A DNA stretch of 55,787 nt from Roseovarius sp. (GTDB taxonomy: Bacteria > Pseudomonadota > Alphaproteobacteria > Rhodobacterales > Rhodobacteraceae). Under the pieces are notes generated by a model, which saw nothing but the letters and a program-made list of their open reading frames with translations, made no database searches and was not told where the DNA came from. This document shows, one piece after another, positions 55,521-55,787 of this stretch (the first letter of the stretch is position 1; each line of letters starts with the position of its first letter). The translations under genes were made by a program, and so were the position numbers. The stretch lies in assembly GCF_018066915.1 (NCBI RefSeq), contig NZ_JAGPVV010000347.1, positions 1 to 55,787 on the forward strand. Direction: 5' to 3'.

Positions 55521-55787
55521 CCGTACAGAGATTGTTCGCAATCGCGGCATCATCGACGCTCTGGGCGGGAAGTGGACTTTCGGTGGGATAGTCAGTTGCC
55601 CCGTGGCTCAAAAAAGCAGTCACTCGGCAGTGAGTTTGGGCTGTCGCAGAACCTTTCTTATCTGTGCACAAGCAACTGTGACTGCGCAAATTCTGGTAAC
55701 ATGGAATTATTTCATACTTTTCGCGCAATTTACGATCCTTCAAACTGGTTTGATCGCATCAAGATGGACGACTATGCGTGCATGGCG

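Larger units (their letters stand above)
52747..55787. mobile_element. Left end of a tRNA-integrated, lower-GC genomic island
   Basis: att remnant, tyrosine integrase, visibly AT-richer sequence, rep pseudogene; continues beyond the window. Confidence 0.8.

Noticed and set aside
55353-55743. Minus-strand ORFs of 66 and 84 aa
   Set aside because: No motifs; they overlap the plus-strand rep pseudogene, which better explains the sequence

Overview
A GC-rich alphaproteobacterial (Rhodobacterales/Roseobacter-like, inferred from gene content) accessory region built from about ten unrelated modules separated by gene remnants, ending in a lower-GC integrative element. Left to right: (1) methylated-amine module (GcvT-family flavoprotein, non-pyrrolysine MttB, LysR) with decayed amidohydrolase, DegT, lplA and proV/proW fragments; (2) PhnD-family (putative selenate) ABC transporter with a tusA-like remnant; (3) class I PHA synthase with an FNR/FixK-like box, DMT transporter, acetamidase, CDGSH protein; (4) ten-gene glycan-tailoring cluster with three sulfotransferase-like genes, a B12-radical SAM enzyme, DegT, an acetyltransferase and WbqC; (5) His-rich/HupE-UreJ metal module, SAF-domain oxidoreductase, DUF4202; (6) OmpR-type two-component system plus an EB_dh cytochrome/PepSY/cytochrome b/DUF2271/flavoprotein/ApbE flavinylation cluster, whose three promoter regions share a 49-bp operator of identical geometry; (7) TRAP transporter plus HpxW-like amidohydrolase; (8) esterase-DUF1611-degenerate ABC operon, inverted-domain photolyase, NarL-type two-component system, candidate sRNA and RTX protein; (9) tRNA-Leu-like 3' att remnant, tyrosine integrase, an unannotated 59-aa ORF, unexplained direct repeats and a plasmid replication-initiator pseudogene. 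Family calls come from motif recognition by eye; no database search was run. Many start codons were adjusted from the ORF track using RBS and overlap logic.
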